A stretch of DNA of 60,643 nt, the filler included, from Catajapyx aquilonaris (lineage: Eukaryota): the NCBI GenBank assembly GCA_000934665.2. It is 3 parts of 3 records of this genome, joined end to end, with 100 filler letters (N's around TTAATTAATTAA, not from the genome) between each part and the next. Parts side by side here need not be neighbours in the genome. Positions count along the whole stretch, not along the records: positions 20,240 to 40,409 come from KZ539515.1; 2 more parts are not named here. One strand, given 5' to 3'. This document shows positions 22,749 through 35,800 of this stretch, one piece after another; position 1 is the stretch's first letter; each line of letters opens with the position of its first letter. The notes beneath the pieces are model-generated. The model was not told where the DNA came from and searched no databases. It saw only the letters and a list, made by a program, of their open reading frames with translations. The position numbers were made by a program, and so were the translations under genes.

Positions 22749-23462
22749 CTGGTATAATACAATATGACCAACTGAATCTACAGTCGCAATAAAGCAAAGG
22801 GAGAAACAACTCGCAGATTGTTGGATAATAATTATTGTGGATGATTATGGGAAGGTGATCGCATGGTTTCAAATGTTATTATGCAGGGTCCATTCAAATT
22901 AAAGTGAGACATTCCACCATATGCAGACATAGAATTTACGAGCAAACCATCTAAATAATCTTGCTAAAACTCCTGGCAAAGCTCATCTACAAAGGCTAAC
23001 ATCAGTAGCAGAAGAGCCAGAAGATATTTGAATAGAGAGCAACCTGACCTGTTTGGGCCTTGCTGCTATAAGGATGGGTGGAACAGGGATTTGGGATAAA
23101 GCAGGGAAGCATTTGCAAAAGAGACATGATAATATTATGATTAAGGTTTTCTTTCCTATTCTTTGATGAGCACTCATAGTCCAGGGCATTTAGTCGATTT
23201 TTACCCAAAACCTGGACATTTAGAGTTACTCAACGAAACTTGGGATATATGTTCAATTAGCTCCCTGAACAATATCTGGAAGTTCCCAAGTGATCCTGCA
23301 TGGCATTACCCTGCAATCCTGCAAAAACTGTAACATACCAGCAGTTTTCCTTGAACCCGCATAGAAAGCGAAGAAATGGACTTTGACACTCTTTTCTTTT
23401 TTCCAAATTACTTGTTTTGACGTGTGCTGTCATTTAGAAAAAAGTGCCAACGATTTTGATAT

Positions 23463-23876
23463 GATTTTTTAAATTATTATATTATTTTTTGATATACCCC
23501 GTGCTAGAGCCATAGGCTCTCTTAGGGGAGTGGATTACCACTATCGTGCAGGGACAGGGTAGGGATAGGAGGGGGGGGGGGCGACACTGGTGCAAGTGCA
23601 ATGTCATCAAGTTGGGGGTCATGTGCAGTCCCTCAGGGGGCCCGTTCCGAGAGATGCGAGTCAGAAACCCCCAACTGACCCGCACCTTCTCCAGGGCAGG
23701 GAAAGGAAGGCAGCAGCTGTGGCCTATTTTATGGTACGATCCCGGAAATTTTTCCTGGGGCGACCTTGGAAAATCACAGAAAACCAAGGTCAGGATCGCC
23801 GGCCTCCGGGATTCGAACCCAGGACCTCCTGATTAGCAGTCGGACACCATATCTACTCCACCACTACTGCTTCGGT
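23463..23876 (-). mobile_element. tRNA-derived SINE with 16-bp TSD
   Basis: B-box GGTTCGAATCCC; TSD CCAACGATTTTGATAT at 23447-23462 and 23877-23892; partial related copy at 20240-20370. Confidence 0.85.
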
Positions 23877-23903
23877 CCAACGATTTTGATATATACTTAA
23901 TTA

Positions 23904-24149
23904 CCGAAGCAGTGGTAGCGGAGGAGATATGGTATCCAACTGCTAATCGGGAGATCCTGGGTTCGAATCCCGGTGGCCGCCGACCCTGACCGTGGTTTTC
24001 TGTGCTCTCCCATGGTCTCACCAGGAAAATTCCGGGGTCGTGTCCGTAATTATAGGCCACAGCCGCTTCCTTCCGTCCCTATCCCATCCCCATATACGAG
24101 AAGTAAAAACGAAAGGAAGAGTTCCAGATTTTTTTTTTTTTTTTAAAAA
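23904..24149 (+). mobile_element. tRNA-derived SINE with 16-bp TSD (same head as the neighbour, different tail)
   Basis: B-box GGTTCGAATCCC; TSD GATATATACTTAATTA at 23888-23903 and 24150-24165. Confidence 0.85.
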
Positions 24150-25799
24150 GATATATACTTAATTATGTTAACCTGCAAAACCTATTCATTACCTTGAATT
24201 TTTCTGGAACACACGCAGGAAGGGGACGGGTTGTCTTAAGACTGAATTTCTTTTTTCATAGTGCTTGTTTTGATTGTATCGCTTAATTTCGAGTCAGTGG
24301 CGATGGTTTAGGTGCCTGGATAGCCTGCAGATTACCTATAAATCTCCTTGAACTCCACCCAAATGGGCACACATTGTTGTAAAAGCACGGGATTTTTTTT
24401 TTTCAATTGAAGGGTTCTCTGCAATAACCAGGTAAGTGGACTTACCACATTACCTCTCATATTGCGGCACGCCGGTATAAAACGAGGTCGACCAGCATGC
24501 CGGTATAACCTGGGGGTGGCCGGCATGCTGCAGTAACCGAGGTAGATTTCCGTAATTTTGATCCTTGCCAAATTTTTTGGAATGCATCTGGTACCATACT
24601 AAAATAATGTTACAATGAAAATGTACGAGTGTACAAGCTGTGAGAATATGCAACTTTTGTTGCACAGTACATATAGAAAATGTAGATTGTGTGACCAATC
24701 CCATTGTCAGCCTGCTTTGACAGGGGAACCCCCTGCTCCAACATACTGTTTAAATAGAGATTATTGCCAGAAAATGTGCCTTTTTGATAGCCTTTACGTG
24801 AATTTTGCTTTTCAGGCAAATGTCAAGTTCAGAAGGGGTCAAATCAAGCAACATGTTTTCATCGCATGAAACAATAAGTGGATTTTTATTATAACTCTAA
24901 CTCTGACTGACAGAAAAAAGTGGAGCAATCTTCATTTGAAATGTTTCATTGGCTCGAGAGTATATTGAGCACGGTGCACTGTGTGTCCAAACGCGAGAAC
25001 ACTTGGACAATAATGGAAAAACCAAATTGGTCGAGTCGTGACAAATCTGCCCTAACGTTAAGAAAGTAATGTCTGAACAATAATAAAAATCGATTTGGTA
25101 GGTTCAATTGAGATGGGTTTTATACCAGGCAGGTACTCAAGTTGAGTGTTTGCCTGGGACCTTTTTGTGTCTATTCAGTCGGCTTTGAATGGTCATGGAA
25201 GAAAGGTCACAGCATTTCCAAATTCAGGGTCATCCGGATTTTAAGCTGTGCAGAAAATACCTCTGGCTAAGCACTACTTACTCTCATGTAGCAATTTGAA
25301 TGTGACCTTGAAATATTGGTGCCAGACGCTCTTTTGTTGAGGCCTCCATCACGCATATTTGTCACATTGATTTCATTTCAAAGACGAAAAGCAACGCATT
25401 TCACAATATTTCACTTCGAATCACACATAAGAAAGACTAGACTCCCTAATTACAGACTAACTTCGTTTTAATGCCCCATTTTTCTAAAAGGAGGTCACAT
25501 TTGTCAGGGTAGCAGTATGCTGCCCCGACAAAAGGTGCAATTATGTGCACTTAAAACAATGTGAATCTATAACTGGGGAATCTAGTCGTTCATTTGGTGT
25601 CATTGAAAGTGAAATTCGCTAGTTTTTGTCTTAAAAATCAGAGGAAAGTCATGACCCCATCGTGACAAGTACGTGTGGAGTGGGAGCCATTGTCCAAGCA
25701 TTCACACGTTAGGCCACACTGTGCGGTGGTGCAAAACTCAAGAGCCAGTCACCTCCACACATTTGCAAATACTAAAGGATGGTTTCGAGAAATATTTCA

Positions 25800-26324
25800 G
25801 TGACATTGACATTGCGGAGGTCGAGTAAGTTCAAAATCTCTTCATTGAGTTTTCAAGGGAAAAACTGTCTACTTATGAACGAGAGCACCTCATTGATTTC
25901 TGCTGTGATCGCACATTGAAATATAAATGTCAAGATGGAGAATTGACGAAGTTCTGGCTGGATGTGCCAGGGTACTTCTGCCATTCTCCACTTCATATCA
26001 ATGCGAAACAGGATTCTTTACCACCATGGCTGTTGTGTGGAAGACCAAGTAAGTTATCTAAACAATCTCCAGGCTGAAAAAGATTTGCTTGTGGCAATTT
26101 CAACATTTGAGCCTCAGTTCTTCAAACTGTCCTGTGACTGTCAGGATCAACCATCCCCTTAAAAGGCAGCGGAAGAGATTTATCACACTTAATAAGAATC
26201 CACTGTGTGAGTGTATGTTTTCTGGAAAGGGGGCGATTTTTGAGAATACGCTGGGGGGAGGGGGTCGCACATTAATGAAAACATGTTTAGGGGGTCGCAA
26301 TCAGTAAAAGGTTGGAAACCACCG
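25800..26324 (+). mobile_element. Decayed hAT Charlie/Buster transposase C-terminus and right end
   Basis: EHLIDFCCDRTLK...KFWLDV...DLLVAISTFEPQF...QDQPSP* followed by TIR-like AAGGTTGGAAACCACCG. Confidence 0.6.
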
Positions 26325-26867
26325 CACTAGGCCATAGGATGACCCATCTTCTGTGATCTGTGAATCAGCAATTAATAATTTGGAAATAAGTAAAAAGGTA
26401 TGGCTGTAACTACGAACCATGCCCCTGCGATAAAAAAAACCAAATTCCCATAAATGCCCGCTATGGTACAATTTTCGATTTTCTTTCCTGTTCACATAAT
26501 ACAAATATGTGGATTTACTTTTGCTATGCAGTGTGTATATTCCCCCCCCCCCGCAGAAAACAAGGGTTCCAAGGTAGAGCGATTGGAGAATGAAGATTAT
26601 GGTTATAAATTCATAGCTCAAAATAACTGTTGTATGAATTGGTCACTGGAACTCCCAAGCACAATTGATCTGTAATGTTTATTTTTATTTATTTGCTTAC
26701 CCAGTTCTTAGATTTCAATAAGCACAATAATTTAGCTGACTGTGACGAAGCTTCATCTGAAGCCATTTGCTGGTTGCCTTAATAATACTCGTACATCGTA
26801 AAAAGGTCAATTAAAAACCTGCAACTTAAAAAGAACTGTTTATTTTCCCTCATTTCTGTGGACAAAT

Positions 26868-29800
26868 TTAACGCCGATCAGTCTTCCCAATTCCCCGTTT
26901 TCCACTGAACAGATGTTTGGGCATCTTGGCATAGATGGACCGATCCGCTTCACCCTTTTTGCCCTTCTTTACAAACAGGTTGTGATGAGACTTGATGGCA
27001 ATCTTCGACACCTTCCTCTTAGCCTATGTATGAAATATAGTTGTCATTATGGTTACATTTGAATATATTTTTGGAGGCCTAATCATCATATTGATAACGA
27101 TACTAACCTCAGCATCAGGCAAGCCCATCTCATCCCGGGGTCTAGAAGCGCTTCTTGCTCGACTTGTTGATTCCATCCTTGCTCTCTTCAATGGAGGCTT
27201 AGACACAGACCGGTTGCGAGTGAAGTGGGCCTACAAATTAAAATATTGTTACTTGACTGCTAACTCTCATGGTTTTACACAGTTATACCTCCTCTGTTCC
27301 AGACATGTCCACTCCCAGCGTTTCCATTTCACCTCTCAGTCGACTAGCACTTCTCCCCCGCTTCATGGCCCCTCCAGTTCTTGGTACAACTGGTTTGGTG
27401 CTGCTCTTTTTGATGTGGCCCTCAATCTTGAGCATTTTCTTCTTGTATCTGATCTTGCGGGCAAGGTCCCTGATCTCTTCCATCTCTGCATCATCATCAG
27501 GAAGGGGTGATTCATAAAATCCTGACAGCAACCTCAGTTGTTCTTCCTTCTCCAACTCCTCTAGTTTCTGTAACAAACAATATTCATTGGAATATCACAG
27601 GAGCTCTTCTTCATGCATGTCACACCTGTAGGATGTCAGGATCAATGTAATCTGCAATATTGTGCCCTTCCCATATTTCAGGGATGGCATCATATTTGTA
27701 CTCCTCTGGTAGATCGTAAGTTTTCTTCAGATCCAGGATGTAGTCATCACCCATCTTCTCCTCAATGTCTCGTTCTAGCTCTAATTTTGGTTGATTATCC
27801 ACTTCCATTGCTTGCTTTTTCTCCAGCACAGAAGCTGCAATGACAAGGAACAAGAGAGTGTCATTGTGTCCCTATTTTCAAATATACGCTTCATATACCC
27901 AATACCTGGTATGTTGGGTGGCCTGGGCTTATAATCACGAGGATTTGGCATTGCAACGTGCAAGCGATTCAAGATGTCATTGACTTTTTTACTCCTCAGC
28001 TTTGCTTCTACACGATGAGCCAGTAGACGTTCACATGCCTAAGATGTGGGAAAGAGATGTGTTATGTGCAGCCCCCAGACACTCATATCCCAGCTCTATA
28101 TAAATCCCTCTTCAGGGTGTAGACAGGGTGCAAATGCATCTTCTGACCTCTGCAGCGTTGAACTGCTACGGCAATCACTGCAAACCTGGCAGGCAAAGAT
28201 GCATTTAGTAGAAGTTACGGTAGAAATCTACCATGTCTTCTATTAAGTGCAAAGGAACCCCGCTAAGCATCATGACAATGGCTGCAGCAGTGCAGCGCTC
28301 AGAAAACACATTTCCACCCTGTCTACCCCCTGAACGCAATAAGAGGGGGAGTGACCACAGACCTGCTTATTTATAGCCTGTGGTTATGTGTAATGAACCA
28401 ATACAGCCTGGTTGCACCCCTAAAGTGCAACATCAACCTTGGGTTTGTCCTTGATAGGATTTGGTTAATTGCTTCCAAGAGTGAATAACAAGAGCAAATC
28501 AGAATTAAACCTATGTCAGTAGAGGACCTGGATGTTATCGAAATTATCCCTAGCACTGTGAATATTTCAATGGTCCTGTGAGCAGTATCACACACACCTG
28601 TATACTGCTCAATGCAATGTCCTTATGTTGGAATATCATAGTAGGCTGAATGATATTATCGTTGGAAAATAATAAAGGACTTAATATGACCCTGTAATGT
28701 ACTATCCGGTTCAAATACTTTTGGCCACTTTATCCTGGTCTTGAAGCAACCCTTCACACACACATACACCTCCTGGGGTCTGTGCGTAGGGTTGCTTCAA
28801 GACCAGGATAAAGCGGCCAAAAGTATTTGAACCGGATAGTACCTACAAAGCCCACCCTAGATTTGTTAACACTTCATAGATCCTTATGATTACATGCTGC
28901 ATCCAGCACCGTTTTATTGCCTGTGGGTGGTAAGAGAAAGACAGAGTGACAAAGGAAGGGGGTGAAGGAGAAAAGAGAGGAAAAGGAGAATGTGACATCT
29001 AGGACACCTGAGAAACACCTGCAACCAACATTGTTTGCACCCAACACGAGTCTTGGTCAAAATAGTGTAACAACCACTCTTTTCATGCACAGGTTTTAAA
29101 CCTCTTCCTTGCCCCAGAACCTTTTAGCTCTTGGAAACATGAATGTACAGTATGTATGCATGAGGCGGCCATGATTGTTTCTGCTTTTCGATAGTCAGCA
29201 TCATGGCGCAAGAACTGCCCATATTTATAGGAAATATTTATTGGTCTCATTAATAATATAATCAATTACACCAAAACCAGCTTTGCAGACTCCTTGGGAC
29301 TTGGGGGGGGGGGGGGGGNTTGTTTTCTCGTAGAGGATATCAAGAAGTGCCGAACCCTGATGTCATAATGACATAACCAATCCACGCCGCTTTCCCAGTA
29401 TTGGAAGACTGGTGGTTAGGTCTCACCCCCTACCTGTGCCCTTGCTCGCTAGGTTCATGCTGTATATTCCTTCCCCCTTGGTTTCCGAAATAGGTGGTGT
29501 ACTGGTGTGAAGTCACTTCTCCTTGGTTGCTTGAGACCAATCAATCTTGGTACTTGGCTGCTTGACTGTTTCGTACTGTATCGAGCGGCAGCAAACATGA
29601 TGTGTGCAATGACGAAGCCGGGATTACAGGTTCTTTCTATATGGTCCTCAGCCAAACCTTTGTCTGACAATCATTTCGCATACCAACTTATCAGACAAGG
29701 AACAGTTGATATTGCACCTCTGGTACCTCCCACTTTTCAAAGGACCTGTTCAAGGTTATCCTGGCAAAGAAAGGCCACCCACATGGCTCAATCATTCGTG

Positions 29801-32800
29801 TCATTAGATTGGAGCAGATCACTGAAACTTGGCAACGCAGGGGAGTTGGATCAAAATGTTGCTGTCCAGCCACTCTAATATATGTCATTCAATGGAAGAA
29901 TGCTTCTAAAGGGTGACCTTCATCAGTTTGGAGAAAGAGTTCGGCCTTGATTTGCCAACGAACGCCATCTTGAGTCCGCCCCTGGAGAGTGAGAGAGAGG
30001 AGAGGGAGTGAGGGAGAGATACGCGATTGGGCAAACGTGTGATATCTCGATGGGGCTTGCATTTCGCATATTGGTTCCCTGAGGCGGCATTTGTCTCCCA
30101 CGAATATTCTTACAACACTTTTACGGGGTAAAAACCACACGAGTTTTCCTGACTCTAAATCAACTAATAAAACAGTTCACCACGTGACAACATGTTTTGA
30201 ATCCTACCAAGGCCGTGAGGTAGCAACCCCTACCACATCAAAGATACAGTCAGTGGCGAACACAGCGGCCTTTAGCGTAAACCTAGGTGCATAGATTATA
30301 CACTACAAGATGCGCAAGATGGTTGCTGTTTAGGTAGCGGGGCTACTCAGGGTAACCTTGAACAGGTCCTTTCCATGGAGAAGCAAGCAGTGTCCTTTTG
30401 TTGACCCTCTCTACAGCACTTATTGAGTGAGGGCATCTCCATGTAAATTTGAAAAGTGGGAGGTACCAGAGGTGCTTTCTCAGATGTCCCACAACTAAGT
30501 TGGTACATGAAATGATGACATCAGAGGAAGGTTAGGCTGAGTTCCCTATAGTGGTTACTACTACTACGGAGCCAGACAGGAGGGGAAAAGGTTATCTAGT
30601 TTGGCCTAACCCCCGTCAGGTGGCACACACAACTGGCAGGTGATTGGACCTTCCCAATTCCACATTTGTCTTACCGAAAATTGGGGTCACTCAGGCGAAA
30701 TTAAATCAGTCAGGCGATGTTACCAATCACCAACATCACCAGCATAGACCCAACTCCCAACAGCAGAGAAAATTTTGATTGGCCTTGTTGCCACAGCCCC
30801 TCCCCTCAGAAAGCTCCAGAGTCTGGCTCCTCTCTTGAGTTCAATTTTACCAGAATACATATCCCCCCCCAGAACCCCCGGGGTCTAGGGACCACAGATT
30901 GAAGACTGCATCAATAAAGTATCAGATTGCTTTAAATCATCCTACCTCTTGCTTGACATGCATGACACCTTCCTCTGAAATAGTGCTCATTTCTAGAACA
31001 GGAACTTGGTCATCAAAAATTGGCTGCAACACTTCTCGCTGGGCATCAGTGAGTTCATCCAACTTGCGAATGTCAATCTTGTTTACGACTACCATTAGAG
31101 GCTGAAAATTGGAGGTTCTGATAAGTTTCATCAGCACTGAATACATGCACAAGCAAAAACTTGTGGAAATGCACAAAACCATAGCCATTTACTTTTTAAA
31201 ATATCTATCACCCACAATAATTAAGTTAAGCATAGTCCCACCTGTTTCTCATTTTGGGGGTGATTACATTAATAATGACATTGCAATTTAACCCTAGGAT
31301 CATTTCACCGATTTGTCAGCTACCTTGAGAAGTAGAGAGAGTAGGTGTATCTGTACACAATCCTAATGAGTCAAGGCTGGTTTACACAATCACTTTCCTA
31401 ACATAAGTAGGAACGGTCAGTTAGTCAGAATGCTCCCCGCTGCTAGAAAGTAGAAAGGGGAAAATTCGGACTAGCTGACCTTTCCTACTTATGTTAGGAA
31501 AATGATCTTGTAAACCAGCCTTCAGTGTCCTGTACACATCTGAACATGTCTTGCTTGCGCTTTTGTGAACCCACGGTATGTCTACTCGTCAATCCACAAT
31601 GGCTGCGCAAAGGTTTATGCGTGCAGATTTGCTTTAAGCTAGGAAAATTTTTAACTGACACACTAGAAAAGCTTCATCGGGCTTCTGGTGATCAAGCTTT
31701 AGGCCATAAGTACAGTGTTTTAAGTCACAATTGCCTCTCAAGTGTCCTTAATGTCAGTTGAAGGTCATTGGCACTCTGAAAGACCACACATCAACGCAAC
31801 TTCTGAAAATTTTGAAAAATATTGATAAATCATTCGAGAGGATCCTCCCCATACCATTCGTAAGATCTGTGACAGAGATGGGATTCAGTTCCAAGACATT
31901 TGTACGCATAAAATGAACATCTCAACATTCATAAAAGGCGATGAAATTTGTCATGGCAATCTTGACAGTGGAAAAGACAATTTTCGTCACCTGTGATCCA
32001 CACACAGTGCTCTTTTTTGTCAGCATCACAGGAATCACAGGCATCACAGTAGACGTACCATGGGTTCACATATGCGAGACACCTTCAGATGTACACAGGA
32101 CAATGCCACTTGGCATACTGACTCATTAGGATTGTGTGCAGAAGTGCATCTCTCTACTTCTCAATGTAGCAGAGTATTTGGTGAATTCTGGGAACATTTG
32201 GTCCTACTATGTACTTGGGCCAAGATTTCTCAGTTTTCAGGGAAGCAGATCCTACTTATTTCTTCCTCATGTCTTGGGCACTGAGGCATGTTGGATGTCC
32301 CTATCTGTATCAATGGAAATATTGCATATTCTTGGACGGGCAAGCCCAGCTGCAAGATATACACTCTCTCCATGTGCACTTGGGAGTTCATTATCCCTTG
32401 ACACTTCACTTACAACTTGACACAGGACAGCAGAATTTTCATTGATACCGATCTGACATGGAAATGCATTTGGTCACAGACACCCTCCATTTAATTCAAA
32501 CTGAGTACACTTGAATGAGCAGAAGATCCTGAAAAGCAGAGCTCCAGCAAGTAAATGATCTACTTTGTTGGATGCAGTATCTCCTGCTCTTTCATGCCCC
32601 CTAAGTACGAATCAAATGTATGGGAATTATTAAATGGACTTCCTTTACAAGCTTCTTCAGGAGCACCTGCATAATGTTTAGTCAAAAAGGGCCCTGTGTA
32701 TTTAGCCTCAGAAGAGTGCTGACATCACAATGGGCAACAATGACTGTGAAAGATATTAACAATGCAACATACAATATTAAAGGCTTGTGACTTCAGTACT

Positions 32801-35800
32801 ATTCTAAAGCAGTAAGTATCCTGACTGGCTTATTACTGAAAGCAGGACCTATCCACAAAAAAATGTTGGTGACGGTATATGCCACGTCACCTGAATAAAG
32901 TGACAAGGAACGCTGGCCACCAGGTTAATCTCCGCACCAGAAAAATCCTCAGTTAGCCAGATGATTAACCACTGAGTGAGGCAAGTGTAATGTGGTAAAC
33001 ATCCCATTTTCTTGGATTCACACCTCCGTATCATGCAACTAGAGAAACTCCTGCTATGCTATGTTACATCACAGAAAGGAATATGCATAGTAGGCTAAGT
33101 CTAAGCAACAAAGTGTTGAAAGGGAGGTTGGAATGTAAAACACAACCAATCCCACAGAGGCAGAAGAAGAACAAATGCACTTAATGCTAGTGCATCAAGA
33201 TGTTCTTTACTTGTCAACTTGTAAAACAAGAACAATACATGCAACAATGACATTAAGAGGATTATCAAAACCAATACTATACCTTATTTGCAAACAAGGG
33301 CTTGATGTTCTGGTATAATGTGATTTGCTCCTCCAGAGAATGACCACATTGTTCTGATATATCCATGACATACAAAATGCAAGCCCGAAGATGGGCTAAT
33401 GCTGTAATGGCTTGCATCTCAATAGTATTGCGATTCTGAAATCCAATGGACCATACTTATTCACTTGATTCAAGTGCACTGACTAATCCTTAAAAGCTCA
33501 ATATAACCCATGTTCACAAATATGTTTTCACAACCAGCTCAACTTATTCACACGTGTGTCATTGGGAATATGTGGGCAAAAAGAATAATACACCAATACT
33601 ATACTCTACACAGATGTGAAATTACACACCAAGGCCTCTACTCAAAAGGCTCACTCCCAGGATTGTTATTGCTAATTTTCAAGAATTTTTCTTTTGTGGA
33701 AGTTTCTTCCCACGTTCTGTGATTTTTTCTACTTTTAAGGTGCGTTCACATATCCGCAACAGCGACTCCGTGCCCGAGCGACATCGCGGGCATGGTGTCG
33801 TCCTGCTGCTGGGGCCCAGTCTCTGCGCTCATTGGGGCACGACGTCGTGACAGCATTCGCGTATTGGTCGTCCACGATTCCATGCCCGAAAAAAAATGGA
33901 GGCTCCGCAGGCCTCCGCTGAGAACCAGCCTTATCCCTCAAAGTTCAGGCTTGGAAGGCATATTTCCAAAACAAACTTGCAACCGGCCATCTGATATGGC
34001 CAGAGGCCAGCTCCATGGACGTTTATAAAAGTAAAATAATTGAAGTTTTTTATGCAGGGCATCCGCCGTGCCCCTCAGCGGGTGAAGTGGCAGGCAGGAT
34101 GGCAGCTAGGTTCGAAATTGAATCCGGGGGATATGATGACTATAGTATAGTATGTCAAAATAAATGTTTTGGGGCATAATTCCATAATGAAACCAGTTTT
34201 GATCATCTGCTACAGTCACGGCAGAGTTCCATGGACGTTTATAATAAAAGGGGAGTTGTAAGTAGTTACAAAACACAATATAAACATGGCCAGAAAGTGT
34301 GCCAGGACTTTAGACATACGCCAGTGCATGCTAGTAGCAATGGAAAAAATGGGCAGCACATTTCTTTCAAGTAAATCAAAATGCGTGCAGTTTATCGCCA
34401 ATATACTTGGAATGTGCAGTAAATATCGAAATATCCAGCACAACGAGGCCACAAAAATTAGTATGGAACTAGAGTAGGTGACAGGATTTTTAGCCTATTC
34501 GGAGAAGTTGGGGCAAATTGTCCACCAAAAATGAGGAAACTGCAATAAATGCAGCTGAACCGTGGTACTGTTTTTTTCTTCGCACGTTGCAGTCGTGTTT
34601 TGAATGTCTGAAAATAACACCATATGCATTTTTGTCAGACATTAGAATGATGCATATTTTGCGTGCATGTATGTGTGGAGGAATATTTTGGCTAGAGCAT
34701 CACAACTAACTCAATTACAAAAATCTCCGACTACGTGTTGATTTGCGTTCACACTAGCACACTGCAACCGTCTACTGATTTTTTAAAAATCCATCCAAAG
34801 GTTTGAGTGGGATATCAAGTAACGATGCAAAAATGATTTCGGGCAAATTTGGCTGCTTATATTCAGGAGCTATCGTGAATGTAGAGTAGGCCTTCGTAGG
34901 CTTAGCATTTCTTTAGTCAAGGTAAGGTTACCACATTAAAATAATGTCCCTTCAAAAATTCCGCAATATGTTTGCACAGAGTGGGCAATTTCTCTCGAGT
35001 ATGTTCGGCCAGCTGTGCACGCAAGATGGCCAGGACCAAATTTTCGAACTGGCCGGTCCTAACCCCACCCCACCCTTCCAGTTTGCATCTCTCTTCGTCT
35101 TCCTTCCTCAAGGCTGCGGTTCTATTGGCCAAAATGGCCTACACGTGACTTCTGTCACCAGCGACCATGTGCCCGCCGTCGCAGGTATCTGGATCTAGCA
35201 GATCCTCGCGACGGGCACCAAATCGGTCGCTGGGCACGGGATCGCGGATATGTGAATGCACCGTTATCGTAACCCATGGGCATGTTATCAGGTGGCGTTT
35301 AATTATACAGCCGACTCTGGATATAGTTAGCCCAGGAAAAGCCTGCATATGTTTTCTGGGATTTTGAAGTAGAGGTGCCAGACACAACGGGAACCAACAT
35401 ACGCCACACCCACATTGGGAAAAAAAAAAATCCCACCTACATTTCTTCATGGCAAACATACGGGATATGCAGACTTTTCCTGGGCCACCTCTAAGAGGCT
35501 TGACGCAACCCTCGGTTTCAGCCACATGAAAGGCTGGTCCCACCATATACTTCCATATACAGCCTGTGTATTTTGCTATAAGAAAGCCCAGTTATATGAT
35601 ACTGATTTCTGTGATCCCTTGAAGTCTCTTATATCAGACATTGACAGTGTTGCATGGAAAACTGAAAGTGGTGTTTCCATCTGTTCTTGGATTGAAACAA
35701 AATGGACTTTAAACTCCTGAATTCTTTAATTGCTTTATATTTAAATAGCCACAGAAAGCACGAGGCACCTGCCAAGATGTTCATTCAATTTTTATGGTGC

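Noticed and set aside
22975..23045. Minus-strand signal-peptide-like stretch KYLLALLLLMLAFVDE as first exon of the thioredoxin gene
   Set aside because: No convincing start or donor site, an in-frame stop follows, and it lies across the artificial spacer.
23904..23985. tRNA genes (also near 22680-22748 and 58715-58786)
   Set aside because: A/B boxes are present but run into SINE bodies with tails (and, at 23904, a TSD); no complete cloverleaf was evident.
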